Shown here in pieces: positions 26,601 through 39,800 of a stretch of DNA of 64,000 bases. The first letter of the stretch is position 1. Every line of letters starts with the position of its first letter. Location: contig LVLI01000214.1 of the NCBI GenBank assembly GCA_001687465.1, positions 1 to 64,000 of the forward strand. The letters run 5' to 3'. The position numbers and the translations under genes were made by a program. Under the pieces are notes generated by a model, which was not told the DNA's origin, did no database searches, and saw only the letters and a list, made by a program, of their open reading frames with translations. The stretch comes from Halocafeteria seosinensis (taxonomy: Eukaryota).

Positions 26601-28175
26601 TTTGACTGCACTGTTAATGGCGATGGATATTCGATCGATCCCTCCTTATCCGCCCAGCGAATGGCAAGGAGTTCTAGTGGTTCTGCTGCTAGTGGTAAAC
26701 CAAGAGATGACAGCGAACCGTCTTATTGCAGCGTAAGACTTCAAATGCAATCGCTTCCGAGTACACTGCTTAGCGTATGCCGTTCCATTCACTGGTTCGA
26801 CCAGGTGATCCTCTTCTCAGAGAATGTTTCCCACGTCGAAGCATACTTTGGACATGTTAGCTATGGTAATGCTCGACTTTCAAGGAGGATTTGTGAGTAT
26901 CTCATGTGGAGTATTGCACGAGAACGGTTTGATATCGAAACTCTGTTCGACGTTCTCTTTCCCGTAACTGTATCCCTACTGAAGCTTTCGGATGGTCTTG
27001 ATTTCGTACGGTTCTCATGGCTGATTGGACCCGTCGAACCAGAGCAATCGGGGGAGTCATTGTTTTGTAAGTGTATTTGGCACTTTGCACGCTATTATTT
27101 AAACAGGAATGGTGCAACGCCCTTTCTCCCTCTAAAGTCACCGGAAGAGGGCTCAGAATATGCACCAGAATTCAAAACCCGACAAGACATGATAAATGAG
27201 TTTGCTCTCGAGTTTGAGAGCGAATCTTCAGCTGGTGCGGATGCTGTGGAATTTGGACGTGAATACTCACTCTTGACCATTCTCGCTGGGCACGCCTTCC
27301 ACAAGGCGGATCTGTTGGAGGTGTTGGATAAACTCAGCACGGAGAGGCGCGATGACAGCGTCGTTATTGATACATTGAAAGCAGCTAAAGTAAACGGCAC
27401 GGCTTTTTCCGACGCTACTTGTTGGGTTGTCATGAAGCTTATTTACCTGCTTTGTAAGGTTCACACCGAAGATGAGAAACTGAAGTCGCTAAAACCGGAA
27501 CTATCCTTTTGGATGCGACATTTGATGGTTATGATAGGGGACAAGCTGGGTGAGATAGAGGCCTACATAGAAGAACGGCGAAAGTTTACCCAAACGGAGA
27601 AGGAATCCAAGTGCTTGAAGCTTTGCTCGTTAATGCTAGATCAAGTGAGAACAGTGTTTGATGGCGCTGAAGAATCCGTTGCTGCTGATGAATTTCTCAA
27701 TAATTTGAGGCTTGTGAATGATGAAGAAAAGCGAAGCAATGGTGCCGAACTATGCCCCTCACCTTTTGAACAGTCATTCGTGCCTGTTTTGTCGAACACG
27801 AGAGACTTTCTAAGGGAATACTCTTTGGCTGAAGACATTAACGATTTGGAAGCGTGGTACGAGTGCACACTTCATTTCCTGCACCAGAATGTTGATAGAG
27901 AAACCAGGGACATAGCTGATCTGCTCGCTAAAGAAGTCCGAAGTCAAATGCACCGTAACGAGAACGCCGACCGGTATTTCCTCAGCCAGCTGGAACCATT
28001 TTTCATTGCTGTCGTACACAGATACAGTCTATCGGAAAAACATTTCGGAAGTGGGAAGCGCGATAGATCGTGTGATATTGCGGATCCAACAGTTATTGAG
28101 TTGGCTTCTGAAGAAGAGGATGATTTTCAACAGAAAGTAAACACTCCCTCAAAGCGTCGCCGTAGGTACCAGTAA
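17608..28175 (+). CDS. Giant ubiquitin-specific protease (USP9X/USP24/USP34-like), about 3500 aa, 2 exons (intron 18487-18551)
   Basis: Cys box GLVNQGMTCYMNSLLQQL, QNDANEF, LVFHLKRF, His box GVLVHSGTAEYGHYYSY and WICFNDD. The N-terminal ARM-like region has 'LTFRLKGIEQFN', typical of this subfamily. Confidence 0.92.
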
Positions 28176-28782
28176 CAGATGATTTTGCTCAAGTTTAGCG
28201 TTTCCCGCTAGATACTGATTTTCGGGGAAGATTGTACTCTGTAGTCGTAGTGGTAGGAGCAGTGACGATAACGGTGACCAATACATCTATTGAAATCGCC
28301 GTGAGAACTGCTCTACGGACGGGTAAACCAAATATACAGCAGGGTGGTTCTCTTTCCAGGGGCAACACTTGTTTTGGACTGCTTTCCGTCACAATAGCCT
28401 GGCTCCGCATACTGCAATTCGCTGCAATGTACTCTTTAACCCGGAAACATCTGAACCCATCGTGTACGCCCTCAGGATAGCAAACCTATTGTGTGGACTT
28501 CCAGGCTGAAGCTCCGCGAATGTGTAGACCTATTTTCTTATTCTAATTGCTTTGTTTCTACTTCTTACAAGAACTATCTATGCTTCTAACACTCAACAGA
28601 TACGCGATAATTTGCTGATCCACGGTGACACTATGACAGTAGCGCTGCTCCTTCAGTGCAGTAGTATCAGCAACTCCTTCGGCAGATCGCTTCGTCAAGC
28701 CTTCGTGGTAGAACCCGTTGGCGAACTAGCCACCCAGAGGTTTTGAAGGACTTTTATTCCTCACGTTCACGCTTCAAACCAT

Positions 28783-28890
28783 TTCGTCGACGTAGCACGC
28801 AAGCTGGGAAATGTATGAGCAGGCGCCCAACCTTCCTCTCAAACTGAAACTGGTGCTTAAGCTCCAGGGGCGGTTGGGGAACTCTCGGGA
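28783..28890 (-). pseudogene. Frameshifted fragment duplicated from the 3' end of the neighbouring HtrL-like gene
   Basis: Reads LELKHQFQFERKVGRLLIH/SQLACYVDE, versus LLELKQQFERKLGRVLIHPQLPCYDDE at about 29636-29730. Confidence 0.8.
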
Positions 28891-29561
28891 CAAAATGGAT
28901 CGCAGAAAGCACTAAACCATTGAAACTCGCCAAAAATCAGACGCTTGTACGTTTTGGGCGTATACAGGAAGAGATGATGGACATCCACGTCGTTCTGATA
29001 TTTTTCTTGATCAGGACTCCTGTAAAACCTGGATACACGTACACTGTACACGTTCGCACAGGGAGGTTTCTTGGAGAACTATTCGACGACCCCGACAACC
29101 GCGTTTTGCATTCCTACGAAGTTTCCATTTACGGTAAATGATTTACCCCAACTCAAGTATCGAGCAACCCAAAAAATATATGCGTCCTTTGAAAGCACAA
29201 TAAATGGTCTTTCTGAATCACTGTGCGTAAAGAATTCGGCAGAAAAACTCCTTAAACTTTGTCCTCATAGGCACTATTATACATCACCACTGCTCATCCT
29301 ACGGCGAGGCAAGAGATTTGCCCGTTGCTCTTCAAATCGCCTGGTGGCATGGGTAGTAAGGGGTTACCCTGGGTTAGACATCTCTTAACCTTCGTTTTGC
29401 TCCGTGCGGCGAAGTATTCACCTGATCCAAACTTTAAGGCCGTCAACTATCAACTAGTCATTGGCTTCTCCACGACCCGTTTTGCTTCGTGCGATGCAGC
29501 AGAAAAAGAAGAATTGACCTGATCCATACTTTAAACTAGTCAACTGTTAAGTAGTCACAGA

Positions 29562-30674
29562 CTATTCCAGAATCCATGGGCGAACTAACCCAGAGGTATT
29601 GAATGCTCGGTCTCTCAGTAGTTCACTCAAAACTATTTCGTCGTCGTAGCACGGAAGCTGGGGATGTATGAGCACACGTCCAAGCTTCCTCTCAAACTGT
29701 TGTTTAAGCTCCAACAGAGCTCTCTCAGTGCCGATTAATACACCCATTTTGTATAGTAGGCGTTTCCCGTTATATTTGCCATGGTGAGGGATGGCATTGA
29801 CAGCATTAAGATCAAGCGAACTCTTCGCTGCTAGTTGGTGGACGTTAGGTACTCTCCCGAGAACACCACAATCCACCCATGAAAACAGAGAGTTAGAGGC
29901 TTCGGCTGAAGCTCGCATAACGAAAGACAGTTTCGACAACCAAATTGCCATTACGTGAGTATATGCCTCCAAGGATGTTTCCGCCAGCGACGAGAGCCTA
30001 TTGCATCTTCTTGAGCAGAGGGGCGACCTTCCAGATTTCTTCTTTATCTTCGACGCCTTCAAGCAATAGTTGGCAAGAAATGAAGCATTGCGCCTCCCTG
30101 GCAATTCGCTTAGTGGAAGGTATATCCCTTTCACATCAGGGTTTTGTAGAAATTGCTTGATTGCGATGAATATAGGATTGTCTGTTTCAGCTGATACGTC
30201 AATATTGTGGTAGAAGACCACAGGTGTCTTCATTGAAGCGAACCAGTTTAATGCTCTCGGGACCTCTTCAGCATAGTATTCGGGAGAGTTCTTCGGGCTG
30301 GACTCCACGAAGAAATACCCACTTACCACAGTAAATTTGCGCATTTTAATAGCATCCGCGACAGTACGGATTGTGGTGGAGTGGTGTGTTTCACTGTGGG
30401 CTGTCTGGGGTTTCAGTGGGAGTTTTTGCCATGGTTGCCGGAGAGTGCCATTTCCCGGATGATTTCCGTGATTTCCCACTTGCTTGCGGATCCCGATTCC
30501 CTCGTTTCCCGAGCTTCTACTGCAGACTTCCTTCGAAATACCTTCCGGTTGTATGGGTCCTATGGAAAATAGACTGGCGTCTTTGGACAGAATCCCCAAT
30601 ATTAGAAGTAGAAGGCAACAGTTCACAATGGAACACACCGTAACACGAGAAGCAGGGGCGTCCATAGCACTCAT
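29562..30674 (-). CDS. HtrL/YibB (WlaTC)-like glycosyltransferase, type II membrane protein, intronless
   Basis: TM anchor, then FTVVSGYF…Y…AIWLSKLSFVMRA…FSWVDCG…CYDDE, matching the HtrL-family pattern (W..K..fv..a…f.WiD.G…DDQ). Confidence 0.65.
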   Translation of the reverse strand: MSAMDAPASRVTVCSIVNCCLLLLILGILSKDASLFSIGPIQPEGISKEVCSRSSGNEGIGIRKQVGNHGNHPGNGTLRQPWQKLPLKPQTAHSETHHSTTIRTVADAIKMRKFTVVSGYFFVESSPKNSPEYYAEEVPRALNWFASMKTPVVFYHNIDVSAETDNPIFIAIKQFLQNPDVKGIYLPLSELPGRRNASFLANYCLKASKIKKKSGRSPLCSRRCNRLSSLAETSLEAYTHVMAIWLSKLSFVMRASAEASNSLFSWVDCGVLGRVPNVHQLAAKSSLDLNAVNAIPHHGKYNGKRLLYKMGVLIGTERALLELKQQFERKLGRVLIHPQLPCYDDEIVLSELLRDRAFNTSGLVRPWILE

Positions 30675-31394
30675 GTCAGATGCGTATCAGATAGTGTAGA
30701 AGATCACTTGTGATGCTGATCATGAATCAATCCATGCAACAACGGATGAACTGAAACTCTGGAGACGGAAGGCTGAAGACACATAGAGTTTGACATTTCG
30801 CACATGGGAACTATTAAATCCAGTAAGACCTCTTGGGGAATCACAGTGGGCGATAAATGGCGTGCCTGCATGGTAGCACATGCAACTTCAGCCAGACAAC
30901 AAGTCAATTTGTATACAGGGTATCCTGATTCAACTTGGTTGCCTGCTTGCTGGTACAAATTCCTTCAAAAACATTAAATTAGGCTATGCTATACTGTTTC
31001 TATGTCTTGAAACCTATGATATGCTGCATCGTGATGCATGACATACATTGCTCACGACCAAATGGACAACGCACACTTCAGAATTTCGCGTCAGAACTTC
31101 TCTGAGGTTCGGAATCCACCATTTCAGAAACTACAATTGTGCAATCACCAAAGGCTTACGTGAACTGCCTCTGATCGATTAATCTTAATGCTGCCATGAT
31201 GGAGCTTGTGTGTTGAGGCCTTCATGAATCATGAGTATCTTTTAGGTAGTTCCACGAGAGTTCGGTACAAGTAACAAGTTGTACAGTGACTGAGTGAGGC
31301 AATTGGTAGTGTAGTAATACTGAGTGGATTGGTGTAGAACCATATTAAGAGAAGCTAAACAAATAAAGTCCAAGCACTTCTTATTCAACATATA

Positions 31395-32161
31395 ATGTCG
31401 TCGTGGCTTCGCGATGCGTGGGCCAAATTGCAAGACACGGTAGCTCCTCCCCCTCCAACAGGAGCTTCATCGGCTTCTTCCGTCAAACATCGATCTGATA
31501 ATACGAAGCAGAACAAAGACCCTTATGCCGGACTGTATGAAAATACTCTGGAACAAGGAGGAGCCTCAGGAAGCCAGGAAGGAGGCCTAGAACAACAGAA
31601 GCCCCATACGCAACCACCAACGCATGGAGAAGGTTCTGAAGGCTTCCAGGGATCCTCAACAGCAATGCAAGGAGCGCAAAGAAAAGGAGAAGGCCATTCA
31701 GGAGGGGAAGGTATGTATGGAATCCATTGGGAGCATGTTCGGGCATCATGTAGTAGCTCTTGGTTGACTTCAGGCGCACCACCGGTGGCGTTCTTCTCAC
31801 CCGATGCTAGTCATCTTTATTCAAGGAGGAAGAAGCAGCAACAACCATCTTCCATTAGAGATAGGTAGGTTGCATCATAACCTGTCTGTGCGGTGCTACT
31901 ATATATGAATGGAAAGGATAACTTTTTCCCCTTACAGATATGTCCCTGTAGACGACGGGTTTGGCTCAACAGGTAAGTAGTTTTTCTTGCTTTGTGGTAA
32001 ATGTTTAGTGAGCTAATCACCTCTTTCTAATAAATCGTATCTACGGTCAATACGATACAGCTGGGAACCTATCCCGAGGGGCCAAATATGGCAATTACAA
32101 TGCTGCCTCCTCCGGTGCTCAGGGCGCTCCACCTCCACCAACCAGCGGAAAAGAGCAATGA
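31395..32161 (+). CDS. Small Gly/Pro/Gln-rich disordered protein, 4 exons
   Basis: Three short GT-AG introns (the first is 31711-31773) give a continuous frame, MSSWLRDAW…SIRDRYVPVDDGFG…PPPPTSGKEQ*. Confidence 0.7.
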
Positions 32162-32296
32162 ACAAACACATTGGCTATTCCGGGTTGCTGGAGTAGTTTA
32201 AATCCTGGAATTTTTGAAAGGAATGCGCTTGTGGAATCTTTATACGAGCGAAACTGTGGACCTCGTGAGCTCTTCGGCGCAGACACATCTCCCGTC

Positions 32297-33377
32297 TTAC
32301 TTGTTTTTCCGTCTCTTCTTTTTATTCTTACCCCCGCGCGATTTGTTGGATTTCTTGGTGTTTGTGGCGGATCCGCTGGACTTATCCTCGGTGCCTTTGG
32401 GAACGGCGTCATTCCCTTGAGTATCGTTCGTGGGACTTGACTCAGTGGCAACGACAGGATCGGTTGCACAATCGTTAGCTGAAGACTCGGTCTCTGAGAC
32501 CTCAGCGAAATGCACACGATCTTCAGTCTTTTGAGTATTTTGAAAAGCAGCAATATTTTCTTGCTCATGCATTCTCGTATGCTCCTCTGATGAAATAACG
32601 TCGTTCGCTACGGGCTTAGCGTGTTGTTCTGCTTCGGATGTACCCGACTCTCCTATTTCCTCGTCAATCAGAGTACTACTGGTAGCTACAAAGGTCCCCA
32701 CTGGTGTAGTGACCGGAGCTTGACCGTAGTCATTATTTTCTGCATCACTCACTGGCTTTGGAAACGTGGATTGGGCACCGGCTTCAGCTACCTCGTTTCT
32801 GGTTGGCTCCTCTGAGGTAGCGGTTGTGTGCTCGGTATTGTTTTCTCCAGTACCCCCTAGCTGGAAGAATTCCTGGAATTGGGCGTTCTCTAGTATATGC
32901 TCAGATGCATGGTTGATAGCTTCGTTGAAGTACTGCGGGATCATTTGTACACGGTCCCGTATGTTTTCGGGTGTCCGGTTTCCAATTAACCGCTTTGGCG
33001 GAAATAAATCACTTAAATGGGGTACAATTTGATCCAGCTGTCTCAGTGCACAGCAGACTCACAGAATAGGTGTATGCGAGTAAGACACCACGATTTCGTA
33101 CCAACACGTACCTCCAATTTGAGTTCGTGAAATTCACTGTATCGCTTTTGGATCGTCCATGACTTGCCATCCTCCGTAGTCACAGTCACATCATACAAAT
33201 CATATGGCCTTTCTGCGAGTGTAGACGGGCACAAGCATCAGAGCTTTCGGGGCTTCAGACTTAACGTCCGCTACCACCACCCCCATAGTCTTGCTTACCG
33301 TTATTGCCAGGGCTTTCCTGTAACGATATTTGCATCTGCAGGCCTTTTCCACTGGTAGTTCCGGAAGTTTCAGCCAT
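32297..33377 (-). CDS. PX (phox homology) domain protein with an acidic tail and basic C-terminus, 3 exons
   Basis: YDVTV…WTIQKRYSEFHELK…FPPKRLIGN…IRDR…YFN…FQEF is the PX signature. The introns are in phase. Confidence 0.88.
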
Positions 33378-33831
33378 GATATTTTTATTTGAATGGAGCC
33401 TTCCTCTCTAGAGGGTGAATGAAGACCTATGAAGTCCACAGCTGTGCTTTAAACGGGGTTTAAATGATCTACAGACTACACACTGTGTACATGTAGAGCT
33501 TTGTGAGTTTCACGGTTTTTGGCCGAAAAATCGTAACAATAGATGTCTCTATTCTCTTCAGAGGGTGTAATGGCAATTGAATAGGAAGTGTACATGTGAC
33601 AGGCCATTTCAAAAACAATGAGTACCAATGTTTAGATTAGGTGATGGCACCGTCCAAAGCAATTCAAATGTGAAGTTGGCTAGTCAAGTTGGCGACTCAG
33701 GAAATGACACAAATAACCCAGTGCTCAGGCATACAGAGCACAATTGTTGAAACCTCTTGATACATGTCATGTATGGAGGTTGAGCGCTTCCGCTTCTGCA
33801 ACACATATTTATATATGCAACACGGTTGGGC

Positions 33832-36800
33832 CTACGATACAGACAGTTCACTCCTACGTAGGGGTTGAGTGTCTCCGTAGAATGTTTCATGAGCCACAGG
33901 CTCGACAAGCTCTTCCTCAACTGAGGGCATCTCTGTTTCGGTACAGTCTTTTGACAACGTGCTATACTCTGGTTCCTCGGAGGAGGATTCGGGTGAAACA
34001 TGCAGAAAACGCGGGAGCTCATCCACCTCGATAAGGCGCCATCGTAGTCCTTCCATCATATACCGTACCAAGAAAGCGCAAAATGCAGAATCGCCAGTCG
34101 CCCTCTTCAAAGTATCCGTAGTTTTCTTCCAATCTTCGCATTTACTCTTTGAAATAAACTTACCTGCAAAGAAGAACTTCGTCGAAGCATGGCTGGTAGC
34201 GTGGCTGCGAGCGATGGAATGCTGCGTATGATACGTGCGCTGATGCGGGCTAGACATTGAAGGAGGTGACATCCCCCTCGCGTGCGTTCTAAACATCAAT
34301 CCATCCTCAGCAAAAAGCGAGGGAAACGCAGCAGTAGACCCTTCCAATGGCTCATATACAGTTGTCGTCCTCCGACCCGGACTTACGCTTTGCCTTCTAT
34401 CACGAGACATCGAGATCTCTCTTTCGCGCGAGAGACTTGTTTGTCGCTCCTCGGAAACCAGGTTCGGAGCGTACTCTTGGTCGGACAAAGAAACGGTTTC
34501 CTTGCCCACGCCATCATCGCCAATGATAGGTAGGAGGTAAAAGAGCAAACCACTAGCGTCCTTAGGGGTCAGGTCGTACCACCGAACATATCTATCAACA
34601 GCCACAAACAGTAAAGTTAAAGCACGTTGCGCACAAACCTGTAGCAAGGTAGGTGGTGATTCAGTTCCAATGAGATAAACTACATTTGTACAAAACCGCA
34701 AAATGCAAAGCAAATTGCCAATTGATGGGGCGTATTTCAACAACGTAATATCAGATAGCTCTTCATTAACAACAGCGGTTGACTTGAAAAAGCATAGCTC
34801 ACTCTCTTCCTCACTGTCTCCACATAGGACACCAGATTCAAACAAAGTACCGTCCATTTCTGACTTCCGCAGCAGCATAAGCTTTAGTCGGAAGGACAAC
34901 ATCCGTAAGGCTCTCACCTGCTCTGTCTGGCTTTGGCCGTCCTTCATCAAAATGCGACGGTGTCCATTCACTCTACGCAGAACGTTGGCCAGCCGTTGCG
35001 TACTTGAGACTGTCGGCGCGCTGGACACAGTGGTCACAACTGTAGAAGAACTTAAGCTTTTAGCCTCACGGCGGCGCTGCTCGGTGGTGTCCAGGGCGGC
35101 ACTATTAACTGTTGGCGGGAGTTTCGAAAACAGGGAGCATATGGTCACAGCCTCCGTGGTACAAGACACGAGGTGAAGCTGTATTGCCCAATCAAAATAA
35201 CTACCAAAGCTTTTTTGACCGCTGGCGGCGCCTGCTTTCCTACACTCGCGAAGTATCGCTTCCGTCTTGGAGGAGTGAACGAGTTCCTTGACGCCGAAAA
35301 ACGCCTTCACTATCTCACTCTGACTACTACCACTGGCGTCTTCAACTAATTTACGCTCCAGTTCTTTCTCTTCCGAGGCCACGCTGTATACTCGCATACC
35401 ATAATAGTAGCGCATGTCGCTTCTTTGAACAGCACCGCCATCAAGCACTGGGACATTTCGACTTGCCGGATCGTCGTAGCGATCTGCAGATTCTGTGGTT
35501 CCGAGCATCAAAGAAAAGTCCCTGCAGATCACCTCACACTCCTCGACGAGCGTCCATAGCGAGGACTCAGTTTCATTCAAGTAACTGCGCCGCAAGGTCC
35601 CAACTAGCGTTTCATCTTTACCCATTAAGGTGAACAGTCGTCGCAAAACTCCGATGCAATACTCCAATTCTTGTATTCCACGCAACGTAAGAATTCTACA
35701 CTGCAGACAAGAGAGAAACACCTGAAAGTGTGTCATAACAAAATCTGTCACTATATCCTGGATCCACTCGGCAAATTTACTAAATGGTTTCTCCTCTATC
35801 GAAGCGGAGTTGAGACTGGGCGAATCGGCAATCTGTTCCTGCTCTCCATCCGCAAAGGTCACCGAGGTCACGCGGTTCTGGCATGCCTCAGAGAAAAGTG
35901 CAGATTGCATCATCCCAGCTGCTCTTAAAACGAGACACCACGTGTCGTGCAGTGAATCAGGTCGATCGTCGGCTGTATATCCACGATTATTCGTTGGACC
36001 GAGTCCATACCCATACACTTGCAATGCAGGATCGAACATCTTCTCTTCGTCCACAGAGGAATTAAAGCTGTTGGTCACTTGTGAAAATGCATGAGCACTG
36101 ATCAATCTTCCGCAAGCGTTGGCATCCATTCGACGGTATAGCTGGGCATTCATAAAGGCCCATAGTGGGTTGAAGAAGAGAGAATTTACAAGCCCTCCTT
36201 CTATCATGGCAACGCAGCTACTAGCTTCACCACTTAAAGAAAGACACATGTTAGCAACAGAACGCAACTGGTCCGCAAAGACAGCTACTGCGGAGGATAT
36301 CGTTTCTTTCAGATGGAGTCGGAATGATCCCTCAGCAACGTCGTGTTTTGCAGATGAGCTACTTCTGCGATCCTGGTGAGTGGAGCTCCCAGCCTGCTGG
36401 AAGGCTGAAGCGCAACGTTTAGACGCTCGTTGTACAGTTAAACTTAATACGGAAAAAACATCACCCTCCAATAAGGCTGCCGAGGCTTCCGAAGCTGGTA
36501 ATGTTGCACAAACTTCCCCGAGAATTACGATACTTGTACAGTATAAATCGTTTAAATGGCGCGCCGAAATTCCCCTCTCTTGGCACACCGACGAATCGTT
36601 TCCCAACCCGTCTTTACTCTGACTCCGGGAAAGACTTGCAACTGCTTTATCAATGCACACCGGATAGTCCGATTCCAGCTGTTTTCGGGCGTACGGTAGT
36701 AGTCGTTGCAGCACATCAACCATATAACTGGAACACTCCGTGTCACCAACAGACGGATGAGGCTGCATTTGTTGAACCAAAATAAGCGCTGCGCATAAAA

Positions 36801-39800
36801 GCAAGTTCTTCGTTTGCACCGACAAGCGGAAAAAGGAAACATCATATCCTTCCACCAAAGCCTGAACCGTATTGCTGTGGTTCTTGGCAGTTACGGTCCA
36901 CACTCTCTCTAGCACTTCAATGAGATCATCTAGCATCGTGGACCACCTCTCCACAGTCTCGGGGGGTTTTGCCGTACAATCCCGTTTATACGCCTGCAGC
37001 GATGCCAAAAATGCTTTGGCAAAAAACTTGCTACAAAGGCACCGACGGTGACTGTTGGGGTAGCAACCCATAAGCTTGGAAAGAGAGAAATCGGCTACTG
37101 ATAGTGGTGGCGGGGCGATACTAATAAAACGGGGACTGCTGTAGCAGAGAGAGATAAGCGAGCTCCAGCTCTTTGCCAGACTATACCGACAAGTGCATAA
37201 CGATGAAATGCAGTTGAAAGCAGTCGCGGCCCATAGCGCTCTGAGTCGGCGGCGCAAATTAAATTTGTTATTCTCAACTTCCAGTTGTTCAAAGCTATCT
37301 CCTCGTCTGTTGTCTGTCCACGAGACAGAAGCATCGAAGCACTCAACCAACCTATAAACATCAATTTCGAACGCTTCGCCATATGACCAATCACTAGAAT
37401 ATTCATGAAAATCGAACCCAGAAAGCAGAGCGTTTTCATGGACATAACAGTGACCCACATTGAGCACCCTATGCAACTGCTGCAGGGCTTTCAAAGATTT
37501 GGCAGAAGGGATTTGGATTCGGTGAACCGAGCTTACTCCTGCCTCCCGTAGACACTGAGAGTATATATTGTAGGCTTTGTCATAGTCTGCATTTTCTACT
37601 CCCACAACGTGCTCAACGTTCCGAAGCGTGTTACCTATGGATTTCAAATAGGTCGGAAGGGTGGTTCGCTCAACCGCGTTCAGTTGCTTTGCCAGTAACT
37701 GTAATGACATAGCTGCTGCATCTACTTGAAAGCAATACTGAGTGACATCATTAGAGGAAAAACTCTTGTTTCCGTCGATTATCGAGTCAATTTCTTCCAG
37801 GGACTGAGGAACGAAAGGAGTTTCTCCAAGGGAGGAATGTGGTATACTGTTGATACCGTCCCAGAGTACGTCGGAGCTGCGATACTCGTCCAAAATATCG
37901 TTGGCAGTAGAATTGTCCATACAGGAAAGGTCCCATAACAATAAAATTGTCGACAACGCCAGGCATATATCCTTCCAATTGTTATTTCTAGACGAGGAAA
38001 TTATCGAAGGGATCGACCGAAGAATCGCAGCAATACCTCCTTGGGAATAACCTTCTGCTGCAAGGTAAGTTAATGATCCATCCAATGGGCGAGATGCTAT
38101 AAAACTCCGTGTAAAGTCAAATCGATTGAGTAGCTTGCTGGCACTTGAAGAACCTGGGTAGCGACTAAACACATCCTTGAAGAATGCCTCAGTATCCGAG
38201 GGATGCATCTCCTCGAAAATCCGCTCAGTCAGTTGCCGGATGCATTTCTTGTTACTATCGTCTCGTAAAGGTTGCATCCGTCGTTCAACAGTGGCAGCAA
38301 AAGAAGTTTGACACAAATGACTTAAAAGGGACATTGCAAGCCTATGTAAACGTGATCTGTCTTGCAAAGGCACATTCCAGGGAATAGAATGTTCTTCGTT
38401 TTCCAGCAACGATGAATGAGCCATTGCGCCCACGAAGGACAAAAAGCAATGTGTCGATTGACTGGTGGTCGGGCTGTCTGCAGCACTTGTGGCCATCTGT
38501 CTCCAAGAGCGCACAGGATGCAAAACGATTTGGTTCTCGTACGGCGAACGCGAATGGTTGGTAGGCGATACAATCGTCCCAAGTGTGAATAGGACCAATT
38601 TTCTTTCCGGAATCGTGACGATACCGCTGTCTATATGACGAAGGTGGTTGGATTTCGGCAGCCGCTCAGTGCTTCCCAACATTGCGAGTTCCAAAAACTG
38701 TAACGAACGACAAGCGAGCAGTGCCAACAGTTGGGTTGACCTCCCAGAAATACTCTGACTGGCTACCGGTCGTAGAGGTATTAAGCCGGCTTTTTCCGAG
38801 TTGGTTGAATGAAAATGAAGAGATGCCGGCAGCAGTGAGGTGCTTGAGACGACGGCATTCTGAAACTCGCTTCTACGAAAGAAATCCTCCAATAAATCCA
38901 CACTGTTTGTTGACGACCAAAGCTCAGATAGGCTTCCATCATCATTGAGCCTATCTCGTAGTAGAAGGTTCATTCCATCGAGGCACAAGGCATCGATAGA
39001 CCAGCAAATATAAGCCTTCGGGCAGTCTACTGTCGGTTGGATAGAGGAATACGCCACAAAAAGATGGGTAATCACTTGCGTTATCTTGTACAGCATAAGC
39101 GAGTCCCTTGTCCGCGCATCAGCCGACCTCCCAACTATCTCTTTAAACAGCGACTGCATTTCGGAAAAATGAGGCCTAGAGAGCTTGCTTGCGAACAGAA
39201 TTTCCTGAGCAAACCTGACGAATTCATCGAACTCTATAACGTCGCTCTGGTCAGAGTCGATTTCTTGTATAAGCGATCTAAAGACGTCTTCCTCTAAAGG
39301 GATATCACATCGCTTAAGACCATTTCTAAGCTCAATGGAGCTCAGCTCTCCATCTGCATTCACGTCGAAAACCTGAAATGCTTGGTAAACATCCACAATG
39401 AGATCTCGCGATAGCAGGGCTCGAAGCAACTGCACCGTCCACGTAGCTAACGCAAATGCTAAGGACACTGCCATCGAGTTCAATCCATCGGCCTGATCCA
39501 GCACCGCAATGGCAACATCTAGAACATGAATCGCTATACAGGGGTCTAAGGAAACTTCTTGAAGATGATCCAAAAGACATAATGGAGCTGTACCTCGCTC
39601 TCCAGTAAAAGTGCTGCTCCGCGCTGCAACGTAGCAGGCGTCCCTGTCGGCTATAGAGGTAGCCGCTACCGCTTTCAGCGAATTCAGCGAGACCTCTTCC
39701 AACAACGAATAAAAGGGATGGTCTTGCTTTAATTGCCCCAAGAGACATAACGAGTTATAAGCGGTACTCAGCCACAGACTACAAAGCCCGACACAAGAAT

